NCBI GenBank assembly: GCA_030651475.1
Contig: JAUSEW010000027.1
Coordinates: 173,614-237,613, forward strand
Direction: 5' to 3'
From: Candidatus Levyibacteriota bacterium
GTDB taxonomy: Bacteria > Patescibacteriota > Microgenomatia > Levybacterales > UBA12049
DNA: 64,000 nucleotides
Shown piece by piece: positions 1 to 13,678 of this stretch; the stretch's first letter is position 1; every line of letters begins with the position of its first letter. The position numbers and the translations under genes are program-made. The notes beneath the pieces are model-generated. The model saw nothing but the letters and a program-made list of their open reading frames with translations. It ran no database searches and was not told the DNA's origin.

Positions 1-7
1 GTCTTCT

Positions 8-1057
8 TTGGCAAAGCCAATTTTTCTATTCATTGCCGCATGTATTTTGTCTTTGGTTATAAACATACCAAATCTTAAAAGTTGGGAACTTTTCGTATCT
101 AGTCTTTATTTATTAAGGTGGGTTATGTATGTGGGGATATATTTTATAGTTTCAAACTTTGACAATAAGTTTAAGAAAAAGGTTCCAGCCTTAATGGTTA
201 TTTCAGGGGCTATAATTTTAGCCCTTGGATACGTTCAGTTCTTCTTTTATCCAAACCTTAGAAATTTATACTATCTTGGGTGGGATGAGCATTCGTACAG
301 GATGTTTTCCATATTCCTGGATCCAAATTTTGCCGGTACTTTTTTTGTCCTTCTATTATTTCTTGTATTTGGGTTAGCGGTTTATTGCATAAAAAATAAA
401 AGATTAATTTACGCACTAGCTTTATCGTTGCTGGCTAGTCTTACTGCAATAGGAATATTCTTGACTTATTCAAGAAGCGCATTTATTATGTTTTTCGTAG
501 GCACATTTACTTTCCTTGTTTTAATAAACAGAAAAAGAATTATAGTTCCAATTCTTGCTATTTTTATAGTTGTGTTTATAATTTCTTCAAAAAATTTCAA
601 TATAGAAAATACAAATCTTTTAAGAATTTCTTCTAGCAAAGCAAGATTATACGTAGCAGATAAAGCACTTACTATAATTAGAGATCATCCGTTGTTTGGC
701 GTTGGATTCAATGCTTATCGGTATGCGCAAATAAAATACGGATTTACTGGACGAAAAGAATTAATACTAAGCCATGCAAATGCAGGAACAGATAACAGCT
801 TCTTATTCGTATTGGCAACTACAGGGTTAATTGGGTTTGCCGCCTACATTTATCTTTGGTATAAAATTTCAAATAATTTATATATACTTTTTAAACAAAA
901 TATAGGTTTGAATAAAATCATACCCTTAGTTTTACTTTCTTCCCATATAGGCATTTCTTTAGCAAGCCTTTTTATAAATGCTTTATTTTACCCTTTTATT
1001 ATGGTGTGGATGTGGACATTGATGGGGTACTGCGAAAAAACTAAGGATTATAGCTAA
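8..1057 (+). CDS. O-antigen ligase / Wzy_C family membrane protein (probably 5' partial)
   Basis: Multi-TM protein with motifs R..S.F.DPN, LTYSRS, HPLFGVGFN and DNSFLFVLATTGLIG. Confidence 0.8.
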   Translation: MAKPIFLFIAACILSLVINIPNLKSWELFVSSLYLLRWVMYVGIYFIVSNFDNKFKKKVPALMVISGAIILALGYVQFFFYPNLRNLYYLGWDEHSYRMFSIFLDPNFAGTFFVLLLFLVFGLAVYCIKNKRLIYALALSLLASLTAIGIFLTYSRSAFIMFFVGTFTFLVLINRKRIIVPILAIFIVVFIISSKNFNIENTNLLRISSSKARLYVADKALTIIRDHPLFGVGFNAYRYAQIKYGFTGRKELILSHANAGTDNSFLFVLATTGLIGFAAYIYLWYKISNNLYILFKQNIGLNKIIPLVLLSSHIGISLASLFINALFYPFIMVWMWTLMGYCEKTKDYS

Positions 1058-1763
1058 CTTTTAAGTCTATCTCTTTTTTGTTCCCTGCCTGATCGGTTGC
1101 GACAATCTTAATGGGATTCTCACCGTTTTTAAGAGGTAAATTGTAAAAGAAATTGTTGTTTTCGTCAACTATTACCCAGAAGTCGTTAATTGTAACTTTT
1201 ACATCACTATCCGTTTTTCCTTTAATTTGCGCTACGTTTTGGTCTTTTGAAAATACTTGACCGTCGGATGGGGAGTCTACGGTAAGAGAAGGAATAGCGC
1301 TTTTGAAAACAACGGTTTGCGTTTCGGAAAAACCACTAGTTTTGTCATCAAGAACTGCGTTTGTTTTGATTGCATTGCTTCCCGGAATTAAAGACTCGGC
1401 AAAAGTAAAACTTCCGTCTGATTTTGTCTGTATTTTATCTATTAAAGAGTTATTTATATATAAATTTATAATTTGATTAGGCGAAGAATTTCCGGAAATT
1501 ATTATATTTGCGCTATTTGTTGCGGATAATAGTGGATTTATAATCGGTGGGGAAATAAATTTAATTGAATTGTTTTGCGTAGGTTCCTGGGAAGATTTAG
1601 ATCCGGATAAAAACAAAGTTAGGTTAACCATAAGCGGAAGTCCGAATTTAATGACAATAAATATTACGATTGCTATTCCGGCCAAACTTAAAAACAAGTT
1701 TCTTCGGATTCTTGTTTCTTTTAAGTTTGATAATCTGGATCTATTTCTATTTATTCTAGCCAT
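1041..1763 (-). CDS. Membrane-anchored protein with two Ig-like beta-sandwich domains
   Basis: N-terminal basic stretch plus TM helix, then beta-rich repeats (IIISGNS..., LKNGENPIKIVATDQAGN). Start moved to ATG 1763 because the longer ORF overlaps the tRNA. Confidence 0.65.
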   Translation of the reverse strand: MARINRNRSRLSNLKETRIRRNLFLSLAGIAIVIFIVIKFGLPLMVNLTLFLSGSKSSQEPTQNNSIKFISPPIINPLLSATNSANIIISGNSSPNQIINLYINNSLIDKIQTKSDGSFTFAESLIPGSNAIKTNAVLDDKTSGFSETQTVVFKSAIPSLTVDSPSDGQVFSKDQNVAQIKGKTDSDVKVTINDFWVIVDENNNFFYNLPLKNGENPIKIVATDQAGNKKEIDLKVSYNP

Positions 1764-1777
1764 AATCAAAAGAGAAA

Positions 1778-1852
1778 TGGAGCCGATGGCGGGAATCGGA
1801 CCCACGACCTAGTGTTTACGAAACACTTGCTCTACCACTGAGCCACATCGGC
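1778..1852 (-). tRNA. tRNA-Thr(CGT) with encoded CCA
   Basis: Reverse complement folds as a cloverleaf; anticodon arm AGTGT-TTCGTAA-ACACT; ends in CCA. Confidence 0.93.
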
Positions 1853-1901
1853 ATTTTATTAGTATTATTGTATGAAATTGCGTAGTAAAGAGCAAACGTT
1901 T

Positions 1902-2534
1902 CTAGTTTTTGTTTTTCGATTCTAAATATTTTTTACCGTGCCCAACAGAAGTATTTATGGGAATCTGTTTTTTGCATAAAATACAGTTTTTTTCCTCATA
2001 AGCTACAACTGGTAATGTTCCGAGAGATTTGAATTTTGCAGTTAAAAACTTTTCGTTTACTTCTTTCGGATTTCGATTTATCATAACTCCAACTGCGATT
2101 ACTTTTCCGCCTGCTTCTCTTACGCTGTCGATAACTTTCTTGACAGATCCTCCTGTTGTGGTTAAGTCTTCTATTACCAGAACTTTCTTTCCCTTAATCA
2201 GTTTATCGTAACCTCTTGTAAATATTTGATTTTTGTCTATTGTCTTTTCCGTATAAACGCTTAGAATTTCTTCCCCCTTTAGCTTAGAAAGATGATATGC
2301 TGTCCATTGAGAGAGAATAATGCCTCCTAAGGCAGGGGCAGCCACAATATCTATTTGAAGATTTTTAAATTTTTCCGCAAAAAGCTTACCAACAGCAGAC
2401 GCTTCTTGAGTATGAATATATATGGCGTCTTTATTTATATAGATCGGCGAGTGTTTTCCAGACGTTAAAACGAAGTGGTCGTTATCGATTAAAGCCTTAG
2501 TTTTCTTAAGAATGTCAAAAATATTTTTTTTCAT
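1902..2534 (-). CDS. pyrE: Orotate phosphoribosyltransferase
   Basis: HFVLTSGKHS.Y and PRPP loop VLVIEDLTTTGGS; adjacent to pyrF. Confidence 0.9.
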   Translation of the reverse strand: MKKNIFDILKKTKALIDNDHFVLTSGKHSPIYINKDAIYIHTQEASAVGKLFAEKFKNLQIDIVAAPALGGIILSQWTAYHLSKLKGEEILSVYTEKTIDKNQIFTRGYDKLIKGKKVLVIEDLTTTGGSVKKVIDSVREAGGKVIAVGVMINRNPKEVNEKFLTAKFKSLGTLPVVAYEEKNCILCKKQIPINTSVGHGKKYLESKNKN

Positions 2535-3271
2535 CTATATTTATTTATCCCGTTTCTTAATTGCAATGCGGCTGTTCTTGGGTTTTCTGCAAAGATTATC
2601 CCACGGGAGGAATTTATTATCAAGCCCGACTTATCTTTCCTTAGCCCTGCTTTCAAGGTTTTTTCCAAATCTCCGCCTTGCGCACCAATGCCTGGAACCA
2701 AAAAATAACGGTCCTTAAAAATTTTTCTCAAAATTCCAAGGTCTTCAGGATATGTCGCTGGGGCAATTATTCCAAAATTTTCTTCGTTCCATTTTGATAC
2801 TTTTTCCGCCATTACCTGAAAAAAAGGTTTTCCATTAACATTTATATCCTGAAAATCTGAAGCGGAAGGATTAGATGAGCGAATGTATAAGAAAGAATAT
2901 TTATCTTTGTATGAAAGAAAGGGGATAACGCCGTCTTTTCCTGTAAAGATGTGAAGAGTTACCGAATCTGCTTTCCAAAAATCAAAAACAGATTTTGCGT
3001 ACATCTCTGCCGTATGTCCTACCGATCCTCGCTTTGCGTCAAGAATAATTGGTATGTTTTTGGGTATATGTTGAATTGTTTTTTGTAGAGATTTTAATCC
3101 AGTAATACCATCTGCTTCATAAAAAGCAGTATCAGGTTTGTACGCACAAACAAGATCGTAAGTTTGGTCAATGACTCTTTTATTTAATGAAAAATCACTG
3201 CTGTCTAAGCCAACACAAAGAAGGGAATTATTTTTCTTTATCGCTTTTTCAAGTTTTTGTATAAATGTCAT
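2531..3271 (-). CDS. pyrF: Orotidine-5'-phosphate decarboxylase
   Basis: LCVGLD, AYKP, ILDAKRG, SSNP, LVPGIGAQGG and NSSRGII motifs; start set at ATG 3271 overlapping the upstream stop. Confidence 0.92.
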   Translation of the reverse strand: MTFIQKLEKAIKKNNSLLCVGLDSSDFSLNKRVIDQTYDLVCAYKPDTAFYEADGITGLKSLQKTIQHIPKNIPIILDAKRGSVGHTAEMYAKSVFDFWKADSVTLHIFTGKDGVIPFLSYKDKYSFLYIRSSNPSASDFQDINVNGKPFFQVMAEKVSKWNEENFGIIAPATYPEDLGILRKIFKDRYFLVPGIGAQGGDLEKTLKAGLRKDKSGLIINSSRGIIFAENPRTAALQLRNGINKYR

Positions 3272-4341
3272 TTTATGTTTAATTTTTCGAAAATCTCGTA
3301 CGCAAGATAGGGGTTCCACATCGCTCCTGTTGCGGATTGTACCAAATCTGCTCCTGCTTTTCGATAATCAAAAAAATCTTTTGGGGTCATAACTCCGCCT
3401 ATTCCAACAATTTCATAATTGTATTTATTTCCTTTCTTTATTTTTTGTAGTTTTTCGACCATTTCAATTCCAGCCCATTTAATCGCACTTCCGCAAACTC
3501 CGCTCTTTAGCCTATTTTTGCCAGGAAGTGCTTGATTGCCATCTTCGTCTACGATTTCGACCTGCAAAGTATTTATCGCAGCTATCGCATTTGCGTATTT
3601 ATTTGCAATTTTTGCCAAAACCTTAACATCTTTAAGATCTTTATAGTATCCAACTTTCAATATCAGAGGCGTATCGCCAATAGCTTTTCTTATTGCCTGG
3701 CATACTTTTTCAGTTACTTCTAAGTTGTAGCAGACCAGACCTTCGTTTCCAATATTAGGACACGATAAATTAGCTTCGAGAATTTTTGCCTCTGTTTCTT
3801 TTGCAAGTTTGGCTGCAATAGCAAAATCTTCTATAAATTCCTCTTGGGTTTGGTTTGGTTTTACCGTGCCCATAAAACTCAATATTAACAGTTGTCCGTT
3901 TCTTTCATATCTTATTGCTTCTTTTACATCTTGTTGCCAAATCGCGGGTTTTTTTGACGGAACGCCAAAAGAATTCGTTATCGTAAGCTGTTTCTTGTTT
4001 GCCTTGCTTTGAACGATAAGCCGTGGTGTTTTGTAGGGAAATAATTTTTTTGGCGCTTTTACGTACATTACGTTTGGATAGGGATGGCAAGGGAAGATAT
4101 CTGCTCTGACTGTTTTGTATGTTGAAACTGAAAAACCAAAATCAAAAGATCCTTTTATAAATTTACTATTCAAAAGAGGTCCTGCAGGAATACCAAAAGG
4201 AAGATTAACAGGAAAACCTAGAAAATTATATCGGGGTTTTGATTTCTTAAAAAGAGGTTTTTTTAATTTGCTAAGCCCAATTGGACCTTGTTTGAAATTA
4301 CCATCATATGTTTTGTGAATATCATATAAAAGGGAATCCAT
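3268..4341 (-). CDS. pyrD: Dihydroorotate dehydrogenase family flavoprotein (class 1-like, Cys nucleophile)
   Basis: AGP, YKT, TNSFG, EANLSCPN, INT and GIGGV motifs; first gene of the pyrD-pyrF-pyrE run. Confidence 0.75.
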   Translation of the reverse strand: MDSLLYDIHKTYDGNFKQGPIGLSKLKKPLFKKSKPRYNFLGFPVNLPFGIPAGPLLNSKFIKGSFDFGFSVSTYKTVRADIFPCHPYPNVMYVKAPKKLFPYKTPRLIVQSKANKKQLTITNSFGVPSKKPAIWQQDVKEAIRYERNGQLLILSFMGTVKPNQTQEEFIEDFAIAAKLAKETEAKILEANLSCPNIGNEGLVCYNLEVTEKVCQAIRKAIGDTPLILKVGYYKDLKDVKVLAKIANKYANAIAAINTLQVEIVDEDGNQALPGKNRLKSGVCGSAIKWAGIEMVEKLQKIKKGNKYNYEIVGIGGVMTPKDFFDYRKAGADLVQSATGAMWNPYLAYEIFEKLNIK

Positions 4342-4346
4342 AAATA

Positions 4347-7019
<2,673 letters not shown>

Positions 7020-7024
7020 ATTTT

Positions 7025-8575
7025 TTACGCGCCAAACGCTTTTTTAAAGTCTAAAATTGATTTTTGCATTTCCTTAATTATTTCTTCAGAAGGTTTTTGT
7101 CCTGTCGAAAGAGACTCAATTATTTTCGGAAAGCTTCTTTTTACAAAGTCATGATATTCTGTTTCAAATTTTTCGAAAAGCTCAAGTTTTATGTCGTCCA
7201 AATACCCATTTGCAACTGCAAAAATGCTTAAAATTTCTAAACTTTCCTCAAGAGGATGATATTGTGGCTGTTTTAGGATTTCGATTGTTTTTTTCCCTCT
7301 TTCCAGCTGGGCTAATGTCGCAGGATCCAGTTCGCTTCCGAATTGAGCAAAAGCCGCCAATTCGTTATATTGCGCAAGCTCCAGTTTCATTTTTCCCGAA
7401 ACAGACTTAATTGCAGGCGTTTGGGCTGCTCCTCCAACTCTTGAAACAGAACTGCCTACATTGATTGCGGGTCTTATGCCATTATTAAATAAATCCTGTT
7501 GCAAATATATTTGCCCATCAGTAATAGAGATAACGTTAGTTGGAATATATGCGGAGATATCGTTGGCTTGAGTTTCTATAATTGGAAGCGCGGTTATAGA
7601 TCCGCCTCCGTTTTCTTTATTTAGCTTAACAGCTCTTTCCAAAAGTCTGCTGTGAAGATAGAATATATCTCCCGGATAAGCTTCTCTTCCTGCGGGACGT
7701 TTCAGAACCAGAGAGATTTGTCTATACGCCCACGCATGCTTAGTGAGGTCGTCATAAACAACTAGGACGTCTTTCCCCTTTTCCATAAAGTATTCGGCGA
7801 TTGCAGATCCGGCATATGGCGCAAGATATTGTAAGGACGGAGAGTCAGAGGCTCCTGCAGCAACAATTATTGAATACTCTAATGCACCCTCTTGGTCCAG
7901 CTTATCTATTACTTGGGCAATAGTGCTTTGTTTTTGTCCGATAGCAACATACACGCAGATTACTGGTTTTTGTTTTTTATTTCTTTCAGCCATAGGCTGA
8001 TCGGCCTTTGGCCGAGGTTTTTGATTGATTATGGTATCAATCGCGATAGCTGTTTTTCCGGTTTGTCTGTCGCCAATAATGAGCTCCCGTTGTCCTCGTC
8101 CTATTGGGATCAATGCATCTATCGCTTTTATTCCTGTTTTTAACGGTGTACTTACGGGTTCTCTGTCTACTACGCCTGCTGCAATTTTCTCAAGAGGCAT
8201 ATCTTTTCCCTTCTTAATCGTTGATTTGCCGTCCAGAGGTTCTCCTAAAGGATTTACAACTCTTCCGAGTATGTCATCGGATACGTTTATGCTTAGTATT
8301 TTCCCGGTTGTCTTTACAGTATCTCCCTCTTTGATGTCGTCGCTTTTACCCAGGGTCAATATTGCGACATTGTCTTCGTCTAGATTCAGCACCACGCCCA
8401 TCTTATTCTTATCGAAAGACACAAGCTCCCCCATAAATGTTTGGGATAATCCGGAAGCAACGATAACTCCGTCTGTATTTTTTTCGACTATTCCGACGTT
8501 TTGGGTTTTGGCGCTTCCCTGAAACATTGCCAGTCTTTCTTCGAGCTGTTTGATAATTGTATCAGCGTCAATCAT
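7025..8575 (-). CDS. atpA: F1 ATP synthase alpha subunit, with a palindrome-derived insertion
   Basis: GRGQRELIIGDRQTGKT, PAGREAYPGD, SVSRVG. Confidence 0.98.
   Translation of the reverse strand: MIDADTIIKQLEERLAMFQGSAKTQNVGIVEKNTDGVIVASGLSQTFMGELVSFDKNKMGVVLNLDEDNVAILTLGKSDDIKEGDTVKTTGKILSINVSDDILGRVVNPLGEPLDGKSTIKKGKDMPLEKIAAGVVDREPVSTPLKTGIKAIDALIPIGRGQRELIIGDRQTGKTAIAIDTIINQKPRPKADQPMAERNKKQKPVICVYVAIGQKQSTIAQVIDKLDQEGALEYSIIVAAGASDSPSLQYLAPYAGSAIAEYFMEKGKDVLVVYDDLTKHAWAYRQISLVLKRPAGREAYPGDIFYLHSRLLERAVKLNKENGGGSITALPIIETQANDISAYIPTNVISITDGQIYLQQDLFNNGIRPAINVGSSVSRVGGAAQTPAIKSVSGKMKLELAQYNELAAFAQFGSELDPATLAQLERGKKTIEILKQPQYHPLEESLEILSIFAVANGYLDDIKLELFEKFETEYHDFVKRSFPKIIESLSTGQKPSEEIIKEMQKSILDFKKAFGA
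7986..8015. repeat. Tandem double hairpin TCAGCC-ATA-GGCTGA / TCGGCC-TTT-GGCCGA inside atpA
   Basis: Two adjacent 15-bp perfect hairpins, 30 bp in total, in frame; encodes most of PRPKADQPMAE. Confidence 0.85.
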
Positions 8576-8918
8576 ATGCAAGACCAATATGGGTAGCGAT
8601 ATCTTCTAGGGTATTTTTTAAATCATGTTCATAAACAATGTCGTTATTTATAATCCTAACTCCGGCAATAAGGCTTGGGTCTTCTTTGTAGATAATTTTT
8701 TTACCTCTAAACATTTTATCAAATATCTTTTTATCAGTATACATGAAAGGCAAGTTTATTATAACCGTGTTTTCCTTCTCGTAACTTTTTAATACTTTTA
8801 CATATGCTTTCAAATCTTTTCTTGTCAATAATCTCGCTATCTTATTTACCCTAATGAGGTTTAGCTTTTTATGTACATAACTTAATAGAACCAGTTTTTT
8901 TATCTTCTTGATGTCCAT
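8568..8918 (-). CDS. atpH: Short ATP synthase delta subunit
   Basis: C-terminal DPSLIAGVRI motif; lies between atpF and atpA. Confidence 0.8.
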   Translation of the reverse strand: MDIKKIKKLVLLSYVHKKLNLIRVNKIARLLTRKDLKAYVKVLKSYEKENTVIINLPFMYTDKKIFDKMFRGKKIIYKEDPSLIAGVRIINNDIVYEHDLKNTLEDIATHIGLAYD

Positions 8919-8930
8919 AACTTATTAATA

Positions 8931-9428
8931 TTAGATTTTCATTTCTTTTAGAGCCTTTTTCAGAATTTCTTTTTGCTCTTTTTCAGAGAAAAGCTGCTCC
9001 AATGATTTTTTTAGAAATTCAATTGCAACTTTACTTACTGTTAAAGTTAATCTTTTTTCTGTTTCAATGGCTTCTTTTTTAATCTGCAAAGATGCATCGG
9101 CAAAAATTTTTTCAGTTTGTTTTTTAGAAATTTCTTCAATTTCCTTAGCCGTTTCTGTTGCATGGCTCTTGGCATCATCGATAATCTTTTTCGCATAGGC
9201 TTCTGCTCTTTTCAGAACTGCTTTTTCCTCCGAGCTAGCCTTCTCCAAAAGAATGCGCACCTCTTCGTTCTTCCTAACACCTTCCTTAATTGCGTCTTCT
9301 CTTTTTTTCAACAATTCCAATATCGGTTTATAAAGGAACCTCTTAAGAACGTAAAGAATAATTAAGAAATTAATGACTTGAGCAGCCAAAAATACAGGAT
9401 CAAGTCCGAAATTTTTGATAATTTCCAT
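8931..9428 (-). CDS. atpF: Fo subunit b
   Basis: AQVINFLIILYVLKRFLYKPI followed by coiled coil. Confidence 0.93.
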   Translation of the reverse strand: MEIIKNFGLDPVFLAAQVINFLIILYVLKRFLYKPILELLKKREDAIKEGVRKNEEVRILLEKASSEEKAVLKRAEAYAKKIIDDAKSHATETAKEIEEISKKQTEKIFADASLQIKKEAIETEKRLTLTVSKVAIEFLKKSLEQLFSEKEQKEILKKALKEMKI

Positions 9429-9466
9429 ATTGAATAAGAATATCTAATCTTTAAATAAGAACAAAC

Positions 9467-10416
<950 letters not shown>

Positions 10417-10463
10417 ATAACTTTATAATTCTAGATATAATTTAAACATAAGTCAAGAAGAAA

Positions 10464-13400
10464 TTAATTAATTGTTGATATTTTTTCTGCAATTATAGTC
10501 GGTCTCTCATTTTTTCCGTCTATATATCCCTCAACTATAACCACAGAGTCTTTAATTAATAAATACTTATATCTGCTAAAAATTTTAGGGAATACGACAC
10601 ATTCTATAGATAAACCTTTTTCGTCCCCAATAGTCAAGAATGCCATCTCGTTATTGTTTTTCTTTGTAAATATTTTTCGGGAATTCTCTATAATTCCGCC
10701 TATTTTTACTTTCCCGCCTTCTTTTTCTTCTCCTGCCAATTCAATCTCATGAGTGATCAAAGATTTCAATGAGAGAAGTTTGTCCGCATGAGGATGAGAC
10801 GTTAGATAAAATCCAAGAAAATCTTTTTCAAACGATAATTTTTCCAAATCAGAAAAATCCTCGATGTCGTTTTGCAGCAAATTTTGAGGTTTGGAATCAA
10901 TATCGTTATCTCCGAACAAACTTTCCTGTCCGACACTTGTCTGTTTTTTCTTTTGATGTAAATTTTCAATTATTTCAGAATAATTGATTAAAAGTTTTGC
11001 TCTATTGCCAAAATAATCCATTGCTCCGGCTTTTATCAAACTTTCTAGGGTTTTCTTGTTTACAGGACCCAAATCTACACGTGAACAAAAATCTTCTAAA
11101 CTTTTAAATGTGCCCTTGCTTCTTGCTTCTAAAATGCTTCTCATTGCAGCTTCGCCGACATTTTTTATTGCAGATAAACCAAATCGGATTTTTGTCTTAT
11201 CTTCTATAGCAAAGTCAGTATTTGATTTATTTATATCGGGAGGTAAGACTTTTACGTTTAGTCTTCGGCATTCCATTACAGCTTGAGCTATTTTTTCATT
11301 TTTGACTGGACCCGTAGTGCCCCTAGATTCGGCCGTCAGGAGCGCAGTCATAAACTCAACGGGATAATGAGCTTTAAAATAGGCTGTTTGGAAAGCTATT
11401 GTGGCATAACCTGCAGCGTGTGCTTTATTAAAACCATATCCTGCAAATGGCTCAAATAATACCCAGAGAGATTCGGCCTTATTCTTTAGCATGCCATTTT
11501 TTATGCAACCATCCACGAATTGATCGTGCTGCTTTTTCATTTCGGAAGTAATTTTTTTACCAATTGCCTTTCTTAACTTGTCTGCTTCAAGCCATGAATA
11601 TCCCGCAACAGTAATCGCAGTTAAAAGGACATCATCTTGAAACGTAATAACTCCATAGGATTCTTTTAATATATCTTTAAGGCGCGGATCGGGATATTTA
11701 ATAAGAGAGGGGTTGTGTTTCCTCCTTATGAATTCAGGAATATTTGCCATAGGTCCGGGTCTATAAAGCGCAACCATTGCCTGCAAGTCGAATATAGAAG
11801 TAGGTTTTAATTCTTTTATGTACCTTCTCATACCGGAAGATTCAAGTTGAAATATCCCGGTAGTTTCTCCGGACGATAATAATTCGTATGTTTTTTTATC
11901 ATCAAGCGGGAGTTCGGACAAAAATATTTTTACTCCCTGATTTTCTTTTATGAAACGTAAAGCTTCTTGAATAATAGTTAAATTTCTAAGGCCTAAAAAA
12001 TCCATTTTCAAAAGTCCGACTCCATCTTCACCTACAGTATACATATCGTATTGGGTAATTATTTTTTCGCCGTTTGTTTCTTTTTGAAGCGGCGTATACT
12101 CGATAAGAGGTTTATCTGCGATTACAACTCCTGCAGCATGCATTGAGGCGTGCCTAACAACTCCTTCTACTTTTCTGGCAAGATCAAGTAGTCTTTTAGT
12201 CTCGGATTCGATACTATAGGCAATTCTTAAATCGGAAGATTGTTCCAACGCCTTATCTATTGTCATTGCGTGACCTTGCCATCCCTGGGGTATCATTTTC
12301 GATATTCTATCCGGGGCAGAATAAGGCATACCAAGAGCTCTTCCGACATCTCTGACAGATCCTCTTGCCTCCATGGTTCCAAATGTTATAATTTGCGCTA
12401 CCTTATCTTTACCGTATTTTTTGGTGACGTATTCTATTACTTCGTCGCGTCTGTTATCTGCGAAATCCAAATCTATATCGGGAGGAGACGGACGCATTGG
12501 GTTTAGAAATCTTTCAAACGGTAATTTAAAATACAAAGGATCCACGTCCGATATGGCCAAAGCGTATGATACTATCGATCCTGCGTTGGAACCCCTGCCA
12601 GGACCTACAGTAATTCCATGACTTTTTGCCCAGTTAACAAAATCAGCGACAATTAGAATATACATTTCATAACCCTTCTTTAGTATCACTGACAGTTCGT
12701 AATCAGCCCTTTCTTTAATTATCGGCGTTATTTTTTTATAACGTTTTATTAATCCCTCGTCTACTTTTTCTTTTATATATTCTGCGGAAGTTTTTTTGTT
12801 TGGGACTTCAAATGCCGGCATAATCCACTTGCCTAAAGTTATTTCTACGTTGCACATTTCGGCAATTTTAACCGTGTTTTCAATTGCTTCAGGCGTTTGT
12901 ATAAAAAGTCCCTGCATCTCATCTTGGGTTTTCATATAAAAATCAGGCGATGATATCATCGAAAGCCTTCTATTTTTTGTTTGTAAAGTTGTCTGCGTCT
13001 GTATACAAAGCAACACCTCTTGGGCTTCGGCATCTGTATTATTTACATAATGATTGTCATTAGTCGCAACCAGCGGAATTCCAAGTTTTCTGGAAAGAGC
13101 TATTAGCTTTTCGTTTAGAGAATCTTGATCTTTTACATCCGTATGTTTCTGAAGCTCCAAATAGAAATGATCTTTACCAAATATTTCCGAAAGCGTTGTT
13201 GCTCTTTTTATTGCTGTTTCCTCCTGTCCTTGGATGAGCGGTTCTGACACGTATCCGTTCACGCAAGCAGATAAACAGATTAATCCTTCATGATTTTCCT
13301 TCAAAAGCTGCATATCCGATCGAGGTTTGTAGTAATATCCTTCAAGATTGGCAATAGAGATTATTTTCATTAGATTTCTGTATCCGGTGTTATTTTCTGC

Positions 13401-13676
13401 CAGAAGAATAAGATGGTTGGAGTCAGTGTCTAGGCCTGCTTCTTTATCGTGTCTGGAGCGCCTGCTGATATATATTTCGCAGCCGATGATAGGTTTTATT
13501 CCTTCTTCAAGACAGGTTTTATAAAAGTATATCGTGCCGTACATATTTCCATGATCTGTGATGGCAAGCGCTTTCATCCCCAGGTCCTTAGCACGTTTTA
13601 CCATTAGGGGAATTTTGGACAAACCATCCAAAAGAGAATATTCGCTGTGATTATGAAGATGAACAAACTCCGCCAT
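10464..13676 (-). CDS. dnaE: DNA polymerase III alpha subunit
   Basis: PHP HLHNHSEYSLLDG, GPGRGS, PDIDLD, KMDFLGL, YGFNKAH and a C-terminal OB fold. Confidence 0.98.
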   Translation of the reverse strand: MAEFVHLHNHSEYSLLDGLSKIPLMVKRAKDLGMKALAITDHGNMYGTIYFYKTCLEEGIKPIIGCEIYISRRSRHDKEAGLDTDSNHLILLAENNTGYRNLMKIISIANLEGYYYKPRSDMQLLKENHEGLICLSACVNGYVSEPLIQGQEETAIKRATTLSEIFGKDHFYLELQKHTDVKDQDSLNEKLIALSRKLGIPLVATNDNHYVNNTDAEAQEVLLCIQTQTTLQTKNRRLSMISSPDFYMKTQDEMQGLFIQTPEAIENTVKIAEMCNVEITLGKWIMPAFEVPNKKTSAEYIKEKVDEGLIKRYKKITPIIKERADYELSVILKKGYEMYILIVADFVNWAKSHGITVGPGRGSNAGSIVSYALAISDVDPLYFKLPFERFLNPMRPSPPDIDLDFADNRRDEVIEYVTKKYGKDKVAQIITFGTMEARGSVRDVGRALGMPYSAPDRISKMIPQGWQGHAMTIDKALEQSSDLRIAYSIESETKRLLDLARKVEGVVRHASMHAAGVVIADKPLIEYTPLQKETNGEKIITQYDMYTVGEDGVGLLKMDFLGLRNLTIIQEALRFIKENQGVKIFLSELPLDDKKTYELLSSGETTGIFQLESSGMRRYIKELKPTSIFDLQAMVALYRPGPMANIPEFIRRKHNPSLIKYPDPRLKDILKESYGVITFQDDVLLTAITVAGYSWLEADKLRKAIGKKITSEMKKQHDQFVDGCIKNGMLKNKAESLWVLFEPFAGYGFNKAHAAGYATIAFQTAYFKAHYPVEFMTALLTAESRGTTGPVKNEKIAQAVMECRRLNVKVLPPDINKSNTDFAIEDKTKIRFGLSAIKNVGEAAMRSILEARSKGTFKSLEDFCSRVDLGPVNKKTLESLIKAGAMDYFGNRAKLLINYSEIIENLHQKKKQTSVGQESLFGDNDIDSKPQNLLQNDIEDFSDLEKLSFEKDFLGFYLTSHPHADKLLSLKSLITHEIELAGEEKEGGKVKIGGIIENSRKIFTKKNNNEMAFLTIGDEKGLSIECVVFPKIFSRYKYLLIKDSVVIVEGYIDGKNERPTIIAEKISTIN

Positions 13677-13678
13677 AA

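Noticed and set aside
1764-1805. N-terminal extension of the Ig-like protein overlapping tRNA-Thr
   Set aside because: The extension is tRNA sequence read through; ATG 1763 is the likelier start.
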